From positions 1,365,690 through 1,429,689 of the forward strand of contig MU058384.1 of assembly GCA_013265495.1 (NCBI GenBank): a stretch of 64,000 bases of DNA. The letters run 5' to 3'. Within the stretch, counting starts at the first letter, position 1. Each line of letters opens with the position of its first letter. The notes beneath the pieces are model-generated. The model was not told the origin of the DNA and did not search any database. It saw only the letters and a list, made by a program, of their open reading frames with translations. The DNA is from Vicugna vicugna (lineage: Eukaryota). The translations under genes and the position numbers were made by a program. This document shows positions 51,471-64,000 of this stretch, one piece after another.

Positions 51471-52773
51471 CCCAAGGCATTCTCCTTTCAAGCCAAAATT
51501 GTGCTTCAGTGGACCATTGGAATAGTGAGTGTTCAGTGAACCGCACAGCTGCCATGGGGATAAGTATTCCAGATGTTGGGAATCAGAGGTTAAACTTGGT
51601 TTTGTTTGCATTACTAACAGACACCTTTCTGCTTAAATCAGAAAGACTCATGGGCCTGCAGGAAGTGACACACAACCGCAGAGGTGTTTACTGTCCGCAG
51701 TCTGTAATAGCATCTCACTCCATGCACGCTTGTAACTGCAGAGAAGTTCTTGGACATGTGTTCCCAGCCCTAAATAATCTCCATAAACTTAGCCATAAAT
51801 CTAGCTACAGCTAAACGTGAGAGTTTCTGTTTTGTTATTATATATCTTAATCCTCCGTGTGGAACATCACTCATTCCACAAGAAAAAGGAGAAGAAAGGC
51901 GCTGAACAATAAAATCAGCAATGCGTCTCCTCAAATCATGAAACAGTCAAGAATGAGCTCCACTGAAAGTAAGTACAACCAGAATGTGAAACAAAGTCTC
52001 TCACAAGCCCATCATAAAACTGTGGGTTAGTAGGGCTGCCTCTGTTTAGAAGTCAGGTCTTTGTTGGTAAAAAGGTTGCAAATGCAGAGAAATGTGTATC
52101 ATTCCTGCATCCTGACTACTAGTAGCCTGCAGGCAAATAAAGAGAAGAGATGATAAAAGTTTGTATCAATTTTTTTTAATATTGCTATCTGAAAAATGAT
52201 TTTTTTCTCTGTAAAACTGTATAGTCGTAGCTAGGTGACAGGCTCATAACCAGTTTTTCTATCCAGTGATAGGATACAAAAATCTTTATAGTAATAGCAA
52301 ATTACAATACTCAACCACCTTTACTTATATGATATCTACTTAAGTTAGGAAGACATAGAAGCAGAATTGATGACCAAAGCTGAGAAATAGTTGATTTTAT
52401 CTTTAGGTCTAGACTTGGTGTATGTGGATATCGACTGAATCAAAATAAGGCATAAAGGGAGATCTAGATAGTTATGGAGGACTGAACATGTATTGTCTAC
52501 CACATGTTTCTCCCAAAACCACAGTAAAAAGATTTTAAAAGATGACCACATCCTCTAGAGGTAAACAAAATAGGGAGAAAAAATAATAGGATTTTTTTTT
52601 AAGAAAGAAGAAAACCAGAAAGGAAGAATAAATAATAACTGACATAGCAGAACCCCCAGCCCAGCTGAAGGGAACATTAGAAATGAAAAATCACACTGGG
52701 ATTTTGGGAACCTTAGAATATGGACACATCAAGTACCTAGGAAAGTAAAGTTAAACACAGTTAAAAGTCTATG

Positions 52774-53220
52774 GGAGAATAAAATAATGCCATTTGCAGC
52801 AACATGGATGGACCTGGAGATTGTCATACTGAGTGAAGTAAGCCAGAAAGAGAAAGACAATATCATATGACATCACTTATATGAGGAATCTAGAGAAATG
52901 ATGCAAATGAACTTATTTGCAAAACAGAAACAGACTCATAGACATAGAAAACAAACTTATGGTTACCAGGGGAGAAAGTGGAGGAGGGGGATGAATAAAT
53001 TGGGAGTTCAGGATTTGCAGATACTAATTACTATACATAAGATAAGTAAACAACAAAGTCCTACTGTATAGAACAGGAAACTATATTCAATACCTTGTAA
53101 TAGCCTATAATGAAATGTAATATGAAAAGGAATATATATGTATATATATATAAATGGATCACTATGCCGTACACCAGAAATTAATGCATATTGTAAACTG
53201 ACTATACTTCAATTAAAAAA
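52774..53220 (+). mobile_element. Artiodactyl-type L1 3' end with TSD
   Basis: 'atgccatttgcagcaacatggatggacctggag...actatacttcaattaaaaaa'; TSD aaaagtctatg at 52763-52773 and 53221-53231, at a TT/AAAA site. Confidence 0.93.
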
Positions 53221-53951
53221 AAAAGTCTATGAGAACTAGCTAAAAGTTTGTTTAAGGAACAAGTAGAAACTTGCACCCTTGCTGCTCATAGATAGCCCCC
53301 TCCCTACCTCTAGGACCAGACTATAATTTTACTTTCTAGGGACATAAGAGCAGATGCAGGAAATCTGGGCCCAGATGAGGGCAGGGGTTCAATTCTTAAA
53401 AGAGGAAGAATAAGTGAAAATCAATATTCTGCATACTATACCAGTCTCTTCCTTTGCAAAGTTCTGGAAAGAATGGCACTCAGGTTTCCACCTGCCAAGC
53501 AAAAGATGGGAGAATTATTCTGGGGAGAAAAAGGCCTACAAAGGCTGTCATTTGGAGACAATGAATGAAGAATATCAACCCTGTTACTCAACTCAAGTTC
53601 CACCCACGAATACAAAGCTTCCAGTCTACTTCTTAGGCTTCATTAGTAAATATTCCAGTAAATATTCAAAGAAACTTTGATGAAAGACAGACAAAAATAA
53701 ATAAATATAATAAAGAAACTTGGAAGACATGAAAGCAAGGAAGAAAGAAATAAACCTATAAAACTGATCATCAGTATCTTTGTGATAAGAAAACATTGCA
53801 TTAATGCAATATGAAGATAATGCTTAAAAAAAGAACAAAAGGAGCTATTTAAAATAAAAAATATGATATAAGAAATAAAATTTCAGTAGACATGCTAGAA
53901 GACAAATTTGAGGAAGAACCATAAAGTAGAACAAAAAGAAAAAAGTTGTAA

Positions 53952-54034
53952 AGAAAAAGAAAGGAAGGAAGAAAGGAAAGAAGGAAGGAGGGAAGGAAGG
54001 AGGGAGGGAAGGAAGAAGGGAAGAAAAGAAAAGA
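53952..54034. repeat. (GGAA/GGGA)n tract
   Basis: Directly visible. Confidence 0.9.
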
Positions 54035-55149
54035 ATGGAATCATGAAATTTTGGATAGCCAGAAATATCATGAAAATTCTAAAAGCTTTCATATTTTAAA
54101 AAATGTTCAATTTTAAACATACCGTAAAAACAAATTATAGACAGCAGATAATCAGAAAATAGAGTACCATCTATTTCCTCAAAATGCACCATTGAAAGAT
54201 AAAATGCCTTCACAATTCTGAATAAAAATTATTTCCAACCTAGAATTCTATGTCCAGCAAACTATCAAATAGGTCTGAGAGTAGAATGAAGGTATTTTAA
54301 GACATGCAAATTCTCAAAAAAAATGTTATTCTCTTGTATCTTTCCTTAGTGACTTACTAGAACAGGTGCTCCAACAAAATGTGTATGTGAATGAAGGTAA
54401 AGGAGCATTCGGGATTCAGCAGAGGACCAACCAGAAAAGAAAGATTAGGGATAGTCTCTTCAAGAGGATGAGGGGACATCCCAGGACAACAGGGGAGATG
54501 TAGACCTCGGGAAAATCTGGTTCATACTGAAGCAGCAGGATGGAGGTTTCCAGAAAGGATGTCTCCCAGAAAAAAGAAAAAAGGAGAGTTTACCTGATAG
54601 GTATGAATGACACTTCTAGCAAGTAATTTTGGAAGAAATTAGTGATAGGTATATAGAAATTTTCACTTTTTAGTTTCTAGGTAAACAAAAAGTTGTGTGG
54701 AAAAGAAATATATGCATAGTACACTGCATAGATTACTGTGAGTCATAGTGAATACAGGTATGGAAATGTAAATAGGGAATATTGGTTTAACCCCAGTACT
54801 GATTTGACTGGGAGGATGGGGAGAACACTAGAGGTAGGAGGAGGGGAGGGAGCTGTAGGAGAGGCCCAGAATAAGAAGTTAAGATCAAAAATGGAAAGAA
54901 TCAAGAAATGGTAGCATAAGCACATCATTTAGGAATGTGGAAGTAACCAGATGAAACTACTAAAAACTTGGAAGTAGCAGCTTCTGAGAAGTGGGAACTG
55001 ACAGCGGGGAAGCGTAAAGGAACTTGTGTTTTTCTGCTTGTTTTTGTTTAGTTTTATAGGACCAGTTGACTTTGAAAAACCTTGTGCCTGTGTAACTGAT
55101 AAAAATAACTTTTAATTTTAATTGAGAAAAAAGAAGACCTAAAGAATTA

Positions 55150-55660
55150 AGTGCTATAATACAATATCATACACCCAGCCACTAACTGACTGGGGACATT
55201 CATAAGAGAGACTATTGTTATACTGAATTTTTATGGGGAAGTAGTTCACTAAGAAGAAATAGTGGAGCTAGGCCTTCCCAGCAGAGGGTACCGTCTGTAC
55301 GAAGACACGGAGGCAGGAAAGGCAGGCCGTACTCAGGAGTGTACAGATAATGTGGAATGATCATAGCTGAGGGGCACCAATGGCAGTGGCCCTAAGATGA
55401 GGTAGGTGGGATTATGTCCACGTGGATGTTGGAATCTTGTAACCCCCACTAAGGAATTTGGACTTCTTCATCCTGTAGACAGTGGGGAGCTGTCAGCAGA
55501 TTTAAGGCAGGGAAATAACAGATTTACATTTTGAAAAAGTATCCCTGACAGTTTAATGAAGAGTGCATTCAGAGGCCTGAGACAGGAGGCAAAGAGACCA
55601 CTTAGCGACGCTCATCAAAGTCCAAGCGTGAACTTGGCAATGGTAGAGTGGGTGTAGAGG
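55150..55660 (-). mobile_element. L2 fragment
   Basis: 'ttcccagcagaggg...ctaaggaatttggactt...cagtggggagc...tttaaggcaggga...agatttacattttgaaaa'. Confidence 0.75.
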
Positions 55661-55877
55661 ACGATGGGGGCTCCCAACTGGGCAACTGGTGGAAGAGACA
55701 AGCAGGAAATCTCAGTTACCCTGTGAGACACATCATTGACCACGGAAGAGGACACCTGCCACTTGTCAAGCAGCCTGACAATTAATGCAACTAGTGAATG
55801 GCAAAATCAGGATTAAACCTCTGAACAGAAATCCCAGGTTCTTTAGACTAGATCACGTTGAGACAAACCCATACACC

Positions 55878-55960
55878 ATTTATAAAATGGGAATGATAAT
55901 AGGTAATAGGACCTAACTCACATGACTGTTGGGAGGAGAAAATGAGGATGCACGTAAATT
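55878..55960 (+). mobile_element. MIR fragment
   Basis: 'atttataaaatgggaatgataata...acctaactcacatgactgttgggagga'. Confidence 0.6.
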
Positions 55961-57904
55961 TGTTTCTTAACCTAAAAAATAGTTACATAACATTGGTAGA
56001 TAAAATAACTTTACCTTAGGCCCAGGTGTTCCCCAACCACCTTTGTTCAACACATCTACTCACTTCAGTGCTCTTATCCGAAGACTTGACATATTTGATT
56101 TATTTATTTGATCTTTACGTAAGCTATAATTGTATGCAGTTACATGTCTGTGATGGAAACCTGTCTTCCTGGTTAATCCAGGTTCCCTTGAAAACCAGGA
56201 AGGGATTTTAGGCTCATCACATGGAATCTACCCACTACTTTTTATCCACTCAAATATATACTGATCCTTGGAATTTAAGGTCCTCTTCCAGTCTCTGAAT
56301 TACTATGTAAGATGGTAACACACCTCTCTTTCCCTCCCAATAGGAAGGACAGACTGAAACACAGACAGATTATCTTTTTAGTTATCATGTGTACTTGTGG
56401 GTTAGGTTAATAATAGCCAAGCGTACAAAATCTGTCGGAAACAAACACACAAAAAAGTCTCATCTTTGATATGCTCAAAGGTCTCTTGAGTTTTTTTCTG
56501 ATTTCTGTTTCAGTGTGACACACATTGTCTGGAGGGAGGAGGAGGAGGGGCTGAGCTGGCAGCTCCATTATCTGTGCCTCATTGTTCGTCTGGGGAAAAG
56601 ATACCATTTACTCTGCCACCTTTGTAGCTCTTCGAGAATCAGATAATCTACTTATGCTTTCTAACCAGCTGAGCAATCTGGACCCTTCAAAAATGCTGTA
56701 GCTTCTTGGCACTGATTTCTCAGGCTGAACTGTTCACTGCCTGTGACTGTATACAAACTACTTCACAAAAATACTGAAGACAACAGCCTGGTGAAATAAC
56801 CTTGCTATCATGTATGGGGGCTGCTATGTTGGTGTTTCTAGTGCTTTGTCGATGTCCCTCTATTCAAGACTAGCTACCTTCATTTTCCCCCATGATCGCA
56901 CTAGATTTATTGCTCCAGTAAATTTCTGTAAGGGAAGGTGGGTGGGGAGAGGCCTGAATGCCCAGGGGACTGCCAGCCAGCTTGAAATCCCCTGACAGCT
57001 TGGACCTTCAGTCACAACAAGAACATTCCTGAGGATTCAGCTGCATTGTTGGTGCTAATCCCAGGCTGGAAACATCAGAGGAAACTAAAAGTGAGTGCGC
57101 ATTTTATATAATTGGAAAGCAAAGGAGTGAAGAGAGAATTCTTGGGAAGTGGGAAGAGAGCAGAGTCACGGCTCTCGCAGATGCATTCTTAGGGGAAACG
57201 GATGAAAAGTCACACTGCGCTTAGACCTCTGCTGGAAACAGTCAAAATGGGGGCACTTCATCAAGATGAACAGTCAGATTATTGCAAGTAAAATTGCGTT
57301 ATTCACTGGTTTTTATTGTTACCATGACTGTATTATTGTGCTTAATTATTCATTACCATTTTTCTCCATTTTGCTATTATTAATGATAATGTTGTCTTTA
57401 CCCTGTAATAAAGCCACTTTCCTTTATCAGTCACTGTTTATTTTCCGTATTTCTGTCTCCATGGTACGAGGGACATAATTGTTTTTCATTTTTCAGCAGG
57501 GAGCGAGAGTGGAGAGAGAGGACGGTACCGGGAAAGGAGGGCTCTCCCCAGGGCCTTGTACATCATGCATGACAAAGCTACTCTCACAGGCATTGCATTT
57601 TCACCTGACCTTCTCAGCGGACATGAGGTGGTGTGTGTTTCAGGAAAGAGGAACTTAACCTACAGGAGGAGTTAACCCAGCAGGACCATTAAGCTGTTAC
57701 AAGTCATAAAATGCCTGTGCCCAAGAGTAAGCCATAAAAGCTAAAAGATAAAGCTGTTAAATATATGCCATTGCCTCGGAAAAATGTCTCCCCCTCTATT
57801 TCTGTCTAAAATTAGCTTGCTTTTCACATGAAACGTTTATCTTATAATAACAACCTGTGAAATCCACCCAAAATCTAAAAATTAGAGCAATCATGTGCTT
57901 CAAA

Positions 57905-58030
57905 ATACTCATTTTCCAGATGGAAATATTGAGGCTTTGTGAGGTTGAATGACCTACTCAAGGTCACACAAAGTCAGGGGCAGGCCCAGGAAGGGAAACC
58001 AAGGTTCCTGGATCCTAGTCAGGTCCTTTC
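57905..58030 (-). mobile_element. MIR
   Basis: 'cattttccagatggaaatattgaggct...tgacctactcaaggtcacaca'. Confidence 0.7.
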
Positions 58031-58835
58031 CCTGCCAGAAACCACAGCCCCTCTCAATATGATTTTCCAAAACTGACAAGGATGAAAAATGGCTTATAAA
58101 ATGACTTATAAATGATCAGTAAAGTCTATGCTTGCCAATGAGAAAAAAAAATTAATTAAATTAGCATTTCTCCCCCCAAAATCTGTTCACTGAGTTTATG
58201 TATATTAGACCCTTCATTGTTATAATTTGCTTTCAGCAAACTGCATTAACCCTCAAATTAATTGTGGAAAATCAGATATCTATATTATTCTAATTCACTA
58301 TATATTGAAAGCCAACTATGTGTAAAATACCATGTCAGATTCTATGGGGGACGAAAGAAGTCACCCTTTATAGCTCGTAATCAGTGAGGTGTGATTCAGT
58401 CTTCTCTTGACACCCCTTCAAAACTTCTAGGTGAACTCCGTCTGCTTCTCAGGAAGCCTCCCCACACCCTCCATCCACTGCAAGAATCCAACCCCCTCTC
58501 TCAATTCGTTTTTCTCCCCATCTGAGCCTGTCATTCCATCTGAATCCCACCCCAGGTCTACAGCAGGACAAAGGGCACCGAGTGTCTGGGACCATGTAAT
58601 TATCTCTTCAAGACCCACTGTCTTGATGGGTTGGGTTCTATTTCCAGGAATGTACACTGAAGGCAAGCCTGTCTGTTTCTTGTTTGCCTCCTGATACATG
58701 AAAGTCATCTCTGAAGGGTGAACATAAGGGGAGGAGGGAAAAGGAAAAAGGGAACAGCACAGTGAATCCTGCACTAAAGACGAAACACTTTGTTCAGTTG
58801 GCAGTGGATTTGGCGTCCTACTGCTGGGGATCAGG

Positions 58836-59303
58836 TGCGGTTGATTGAATTAGCGATTCCAATTCTTCACTTTTTCTGGTGTCCCTAGCTTTTGCTGTGT
58901 AACTTCGAAGGTTTGTCTCCCACTTGCCTGCCCTTTGACGGTGGGCTCCTTTGACTATGTGATTGCTTCAGTCTGCAGGATATGGGCAGACGCAGCAGTA
59001 AGCCAGTTTCAAGCTTTGATAGTAAGAGGAGACTTCATGTGTTTGGGCTAGCTCCCTGCACTGACATCGATGCACAGGAGAGCTTTCCCTGTGTAGCTAA
59101 TGCCCATTAGCCTGGGCCCCAAGATGAACATTTGTGGAGACAACCTGAGGCCAGCCCACGACAAGGAGCCAAGCCCAGCTAGAATCAGAGCCCCGCGGAG
59201 CTGAGCCAGCCCTCGTCGCCCTACAGGTGCGGGAGATGTGCTGTTGTCATATGCGTTGGGGTTTGGTGGTTGGTTGTTAATGCAACAATAGCTAAACGAT
59301 AGA
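58836..59303 (+). mobile_element. MLT1H-like LTR
   Basis: 'aattcttcac...tttgctgtgtaact...cctgggccccaagatgaaca...ggttggttgttaatgcaacaatagctaa'. Confidence 0.8.
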
Positions 59304-60199
59304 GAAGAGGGGTTTTTTGGCTTTTGTTTTTTAATCTTTTTCTTTTTTGCTTCTTGGAGTAAACCTGATCAAGGATAGAACTACTTTATCACTTAATCAA
59401 TATTTTCTTATTGGCATAATGTCTGTGAAATGTCCATTCTAGTAATGGCTCTTCAAAATTTTTCACCAGGAATTCATTTGAGTTTTCACTTAAGAGGATG
59501 CTCTATTCTCATAGTTACAGGCTTTCCTGAGAACAGTGAGTAGAACATTATCTTTGGAACGAACATCCCTGGGAGAAGAAAAGATTGGTAGAACTAAATC
59601 ATACAGATTTTTTTTAAGTGTGTGATTGAATTTGTTCTGTAAGACATTCGATCATTTACTCATTCTACCAATATGTAATAAAGGCAAATTGGCAAAGAAG
59701 TAGAATGAGGAGAAAGGAGACAGATTGGACTGAATTTTTTAGCTTGGATTACTGGGAGCATTTAGAAAATGATAACAGAAATATTAAATATGAAAAAAAT
59801 AAATTAATATCTCAACCAACCCAGGCTAGTTTACCCTAGTTTCCTGAGGTGATAAAAAGTAAACTAAAGGAATATTCTCATTAAATGGTGGCTCAAGCCA
59901 CCCTGCTGTTGGGCGCTGTCTCTGAGCATAACACCAGGGGTGGGGAGTATATGCTTTTATTGAATGCAAAACAGTCACACATTCATAATGGAGAGCTTGA
60001 AGTCTGGGTCATCGATAAGAATTTGCACCTTAGAGCAAAAAACAACCAAAAGCACTGTGAAAACAGACAAATGAAGGACAAAGCATTTTCAAATACCAGC
60101 TACATATTACTTAAGACTCTCCTGACTGCATATGAGAGAAGCCCACTAAATAAAAAGGTGAATTTATTGGTTCATATCACCAAACTGTAACAAGAACAG

Positions 60200-60600
60200 G
60201 GGAAGGAAAAAGTAAGAGGCTCACCCACTTTCAGGACTCCTCAGATGTGGCTCTTGATGTTTGGTTTCAGTTTCCCAACTGTCACCCCTCAAAGTCTGAA
60301 ATACCTTCTAGGTTTGGAGGAACATTCTTTTCTCTTGCTCAGATTATTTCAGGGAAAGCCTCTGATTGGTTTAGGTCACAGTCTAGACCAATCAGCAAGT
60401 TAGGAGATGAGGCTCAGATTGCCCGTGCAGAGGTCAGATACTCTTTAACTAGGAACTACTGCTAAGCACGCAGAGTGGTGGAACTTCTATCTGGACCTCA
60501 TGCATGGCGAAGTGGGGAGCAGCTGAGGAAGAAAAAGGATGCTCCCCCAAAGGGAAGGGAACAGATATTAGCTGTTGTAAAGGAAGACCAATATCTATGT
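60200..60600 (-). mobile_element. Old MLT1 (K/L-like) LTR fragment
   Basis: 'ctctgattggtttaggtcac...gaccaatcagc' and 'ggatgct...agggaagggaacagata'. Confidence 0.45.
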
Positions 60601-62177
60601 GCATAACAACAGGGTGCTTTTTAAATTTATGATGATGGGAACAACTTCATAGATGGTTTCATGGTGAAAATTTAAGTATAAAATATCGACTGTGTATAGC
60701 AGTCATCTCTGCTATCCTAGAGGATAGCAGAGGTGGGCAAAAAACCTAATCACATAACCATTAAAAACATATTTTTCAATAGGATAAATTTACAAATGAT
60801 AGGAAGGAGATTTATTGGGAAAATAGTTCATTGTTGCTATGGTTTCTGCTCATGATTCAGATGTCCTGGTGTTCATCAATGGACACTCTAGTAGTCTGTG
60901 AGCTCTGTCCATGAGAATTAAGGACCCCTGCCTTAAATAAAAAGGAGACCACATTAATGGATGACAGAAAAGCAAAATAGAATGTCTCAGGATTGGGCAG
61001 GGGAAGCTCAGGTGTGCTCAGCTCTCTATCTGTGTAAAGGATACTTGCTTTTTGACATATCAGGCACAGCTTAGAAGGATCTCCATGAGGTTGATATTCC
61101 AACCAAGATGCAGCACCCCACTTTATACTGTCTTCCCACCTCAGCTCTTAACTCACAAAGGATGTCCTTTTGTCAGTATAAGAAGAATGCAACTCATAAA
61201 CATCTTAAGACTCATTTTTTAAATTGCTGAGACCATTTTTTCCTTCTTTTGTAGGTCTCTAATTTCTTCTTAACATGTTTTCCTCTGATCGTCTTTATTT
61301 TTAGTTTCAATGCCTTAATTTTTTCCTACTTAGTGATTAATTCCTACTAATCCTTAGTTTTATCTATTTTTATATTTAAACTTTTTATCTTACAGGGGTT
61401 TAAGTATTTTATCTTATTCTTTAAGCACTTATAGTTTTATAATTTAAATGATCCACTCTTTTATCTTTATTTTAAACTTCATTTATTTAATCTCTTTTTA
61501 ACTAATATTTTATTCTACTGGAATTTTATTTCTCTTATACGCACTTCTATCTTGACCCTCTTTCTCTTATTCTCAATGTTTCTTTTTAATTTTCTTCTGT
61601 AAATCTCTACTACCTTAACTTTCTTTCCTTCTGTCTTCTCTATTTCTTTTTAAAAATAAATTTTTATAATGGCTGACAAGATGAATGCCAAAATGGCTAT
61701 AATGATTATGATGATGAAATTGATAATAATAAAAACAGCAGAGGAGAGAAATTGAAGCCATTCTTTCTCTACATGGCTCTTTGGGCCCACGTCCTTCCTC
61801 AAGTTAATCCTCAAGTCTCTTTCAAGTTTATCTCTTCCTCATTCCAACTCCCCCCACCTTTAGGAGGAAAAATCCTTAATCAATACTCCAAAGATCACTG
61901 TTTTCTTTTCATAGAAAGAACAACTCATTTATTGAGATACTTTCACTTCCTGAGGTTTTGACAACCTATAGGCATTGGTTTTGGCAATCTGTAGGCACTG
62001 GCAAGCAGGAGGAAATGGCTGGTGAGAGATCTTGTATTAATGGATTGTCGAGTCTGGGCGATCCCTCTCCACTTAGGACAGTAGTTTTAAATGGTGATAA
62101 TCTACCTAGGAATGTTGACAGTTGTATTTGTTAGATTTAGTAAATTTCCCATGAATTTTTCTCTCAAAAGCAAAGTG

Positions 62178-62592
62178 AACGGCCAATAGGCACATGAAAA
62201 ATTGCTCAGTATTGCTAATGATCAGAGAAGTGCAAATCAAAACAATAAGGTATCACAATGAGGTTATCACCTCACACCAGTCAGAATGGCCATCGTTAAA
62301 AAGGCCACAAACAATAAATGCTGAAGAGGGTGCAGAGAAAAGGAAACCCTCCTACATTGCTGGTAGGAACGTAGTTTGGTGCAACTGTTATGGAAAACAG
62401 TATGGAGATTCCTTAAAAAATGAAAATAGACTTACCTTATGATCAGTAACTCCACTCCCGAGCATATATCCAGAGGAAACTCTAATTAGAAAGGTACATG
62501 CACCCTAATGTTTATAGCAGCACTATTTACAATAGTCAAGACATAGAAGCAACCTCAGTGTCCATGGACAAATGACTGGATAAAGAAGATGT

Positions 62593-62641
<49 letters not shown>

Positions 62642-63130
62642 ACTACTTAGCCATAAAAAAGGATAAAATAATGCCATTTGCAGCAACATGGATGGACTGG
62701 AAGATTACTATACTAAGTGAAGTAAGCCAGAAAGAAAAAGAAAAATATCATATAATATCACTTATATATGGACTCTAAAAAAATGACACAAATGAACTTA
62801 TTTACAAAATAGAAGCAGACTCACAGACATAGGAAACAAACTTATGGTTTGTTATCTATGCCTCAGGAGGGAAATGTGGTTGTGGAGGGATAAATTATGA
62901 GTTTGGGATTTGCAGATACTAACTACTATACATTAAATAGATAAACAATGAGGTCCTATTGTATAGCACAGGGAACTATATTCAATAACTTATAATAGCC
63001 TATAATGAAATAGATTATGAAAAAGAATATATATATATATTATGAAAAAGAATATATATATATGCCTGAACCACTATGCTACACACACCAGAAATTAAAA
63101 CAACATTGTAAACTTACTACACATCAATAA
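62178..63130 (+). mobile_element. Artiodactyl-type L1 (ORF2 C-terminus plus 3' UTR)
   Basis: ORF 62194 (MKNCSVLLMIREVQIKT...) and 62596 (...KIMPFAATWMD...ILSEVSQ) are L1 ORF2 remnants; 3' UTR closely resembles 52774-53220. Confidence 0.95.
62594..62638. repeat. (TG)n microsatellite within L1
   Basis: Directly visible. Confidence 0.97.
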
Positions 63131-63192
63131 GAAAGAAAGAAAGAAAAAGAAAGGAAGGAAGGAAGGAAGGAAGGAAGGAAGGAAGGAAGGAA

Positions 63193-63254
<62 letters not shown>

Positions 63255-63276
63255 GAAGAGAAAGAAAGAAAGAAAA
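63129..63276. repeat. Compound (GAAA)n-(GGAA)n-(GAAA)n microsatellite at the L1 tail
   Basis: Directly visible, immediately after the L1 3' end. Confidence 0.97.
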
Positions 63277-64000
63277 GTGATTTTTTTGTTGTTGTTGGCT
63301 TTTTTTCTCCCCTCTCTTTCTCCCAGGACTCCAAGCCTAGGATCTGATATATTTCTGTTTTGCGGTAAAACTATTTATTTGAAAGAGGACTGGATTTTAA
63401 AACATCCATCAACCTATATCCACAGTTTCTGGATCATTTATTTTTCTGGTAGATTTGTCTTAATACTTATGTTTATTTTCATACACACATTCTCTAGTCA
63501 AGGTTCATTCTGTGTGGACATAGGATGGTTGTTACACACTCATTTATCCTACATATCCATAGCAGAGCTAGTCATTCTTGGATATGAACACCAAGATTGC
63601 TGGTGGCTCATATGGCAAACTACCAGGGCCATGGGAAAGTAGATGTATTGCTTCTCCATGGACCACCTTTTAAACACCAATATATTCATGGAAATATTTT
63701 TTAAATCACTAAAATTATTTATGGACAGAACACTAGTGGTGCTGAGTGGTAACACATGGAATAAAACCAGAGTGTTTATTTTCCCCACATTGTAACCCTT
63801 GGAGTGGCTCTTATGCATTGTGCCTGCCATTCGGGTTGGACTGGGGGAAGCGGGGAGATTGAAAGTGAGAACGTTACAGATGAGCAGTTGCTCTGTAAGC
63901 AAAGTTGGAAACTCTGCATTGGCACTATAAGGAAAAGATTTCTTCTGCTATTAATGAATATCTGATGACTTAAACTGTTTGTATCCAAATAACAGAGCTG

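Larger units (their letters stand above)
52480..55115 (+). mobile_element. HAL1 (half-L1, ORF1-only) remnant, interrupted by a younger L1 and a GGAA tract
   Basis: ORF1 C-terminal motif FQPRILCPAN from 54232 runs into non-ORF2 sequence ('gtgctccaacaaaatg...gggattcagc') and ends 'ttgacttt...tgtgcctgtgtaactgataaaaata'. 5' boundary uncertain. Confidence 0.65.

Noticed and set aside
51389..51814. Longest ORF (141 aa)
   Set aside because: Non-ATG start, runs through a TTTTG repeat, no recognisable domain.
1..64000. CRISPR arrays, operons, tRNA/rRNA/snRNA genes, CpG island, processed pseudogene
   Set aside because: None seen; the sequence is mammalian non-coding DNA with no repeat-spacer periodicity or recognisable RNA gene.

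Overview
AT-rich, CpG-poor mammalian genomic DNA, intronic or intergenic. I recognise no protein-coding gene or RNA gene; the ORF track is mostly chance ORFs plus LINE-1 ORF2 debris. The window carries ancient eutherian repeats (MIR, L2, L1MC/MD/ME-type, HAL1, MLT1, LTR40, MER21, hAT-Charlie and Tigger elements). It also has younger artiodactyl-type L1 3' ends, one resembling camelid L1 as I recall it, and I see no Alu, B1, BovB, Bov-tA, PRE1 or SINEC, so a camelid source is a tentative inference. Main structures readable from the sequence: (i) a very old two-LTR ERV1-class provirus (~11340-17195) with a degenerate PBS, an env CX6CC remnant (GGLCADLRKECCVYI) and a nested MLT1; (ii) several TSD-bounded L1 insertions, including an extreme twin-priming inversion (42937-43141) and a probable short 3' transduction (22283-22563); (iii) a chain of hAT MITEs reusing CTCTAG-like targets; (iv) a few candidate enhancer motif clusters in repeat-poor sequence. 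Repeat subfamily names are recalled by eye, not from a database search, and most boundaries are approximate. I found no support for a new coding system.
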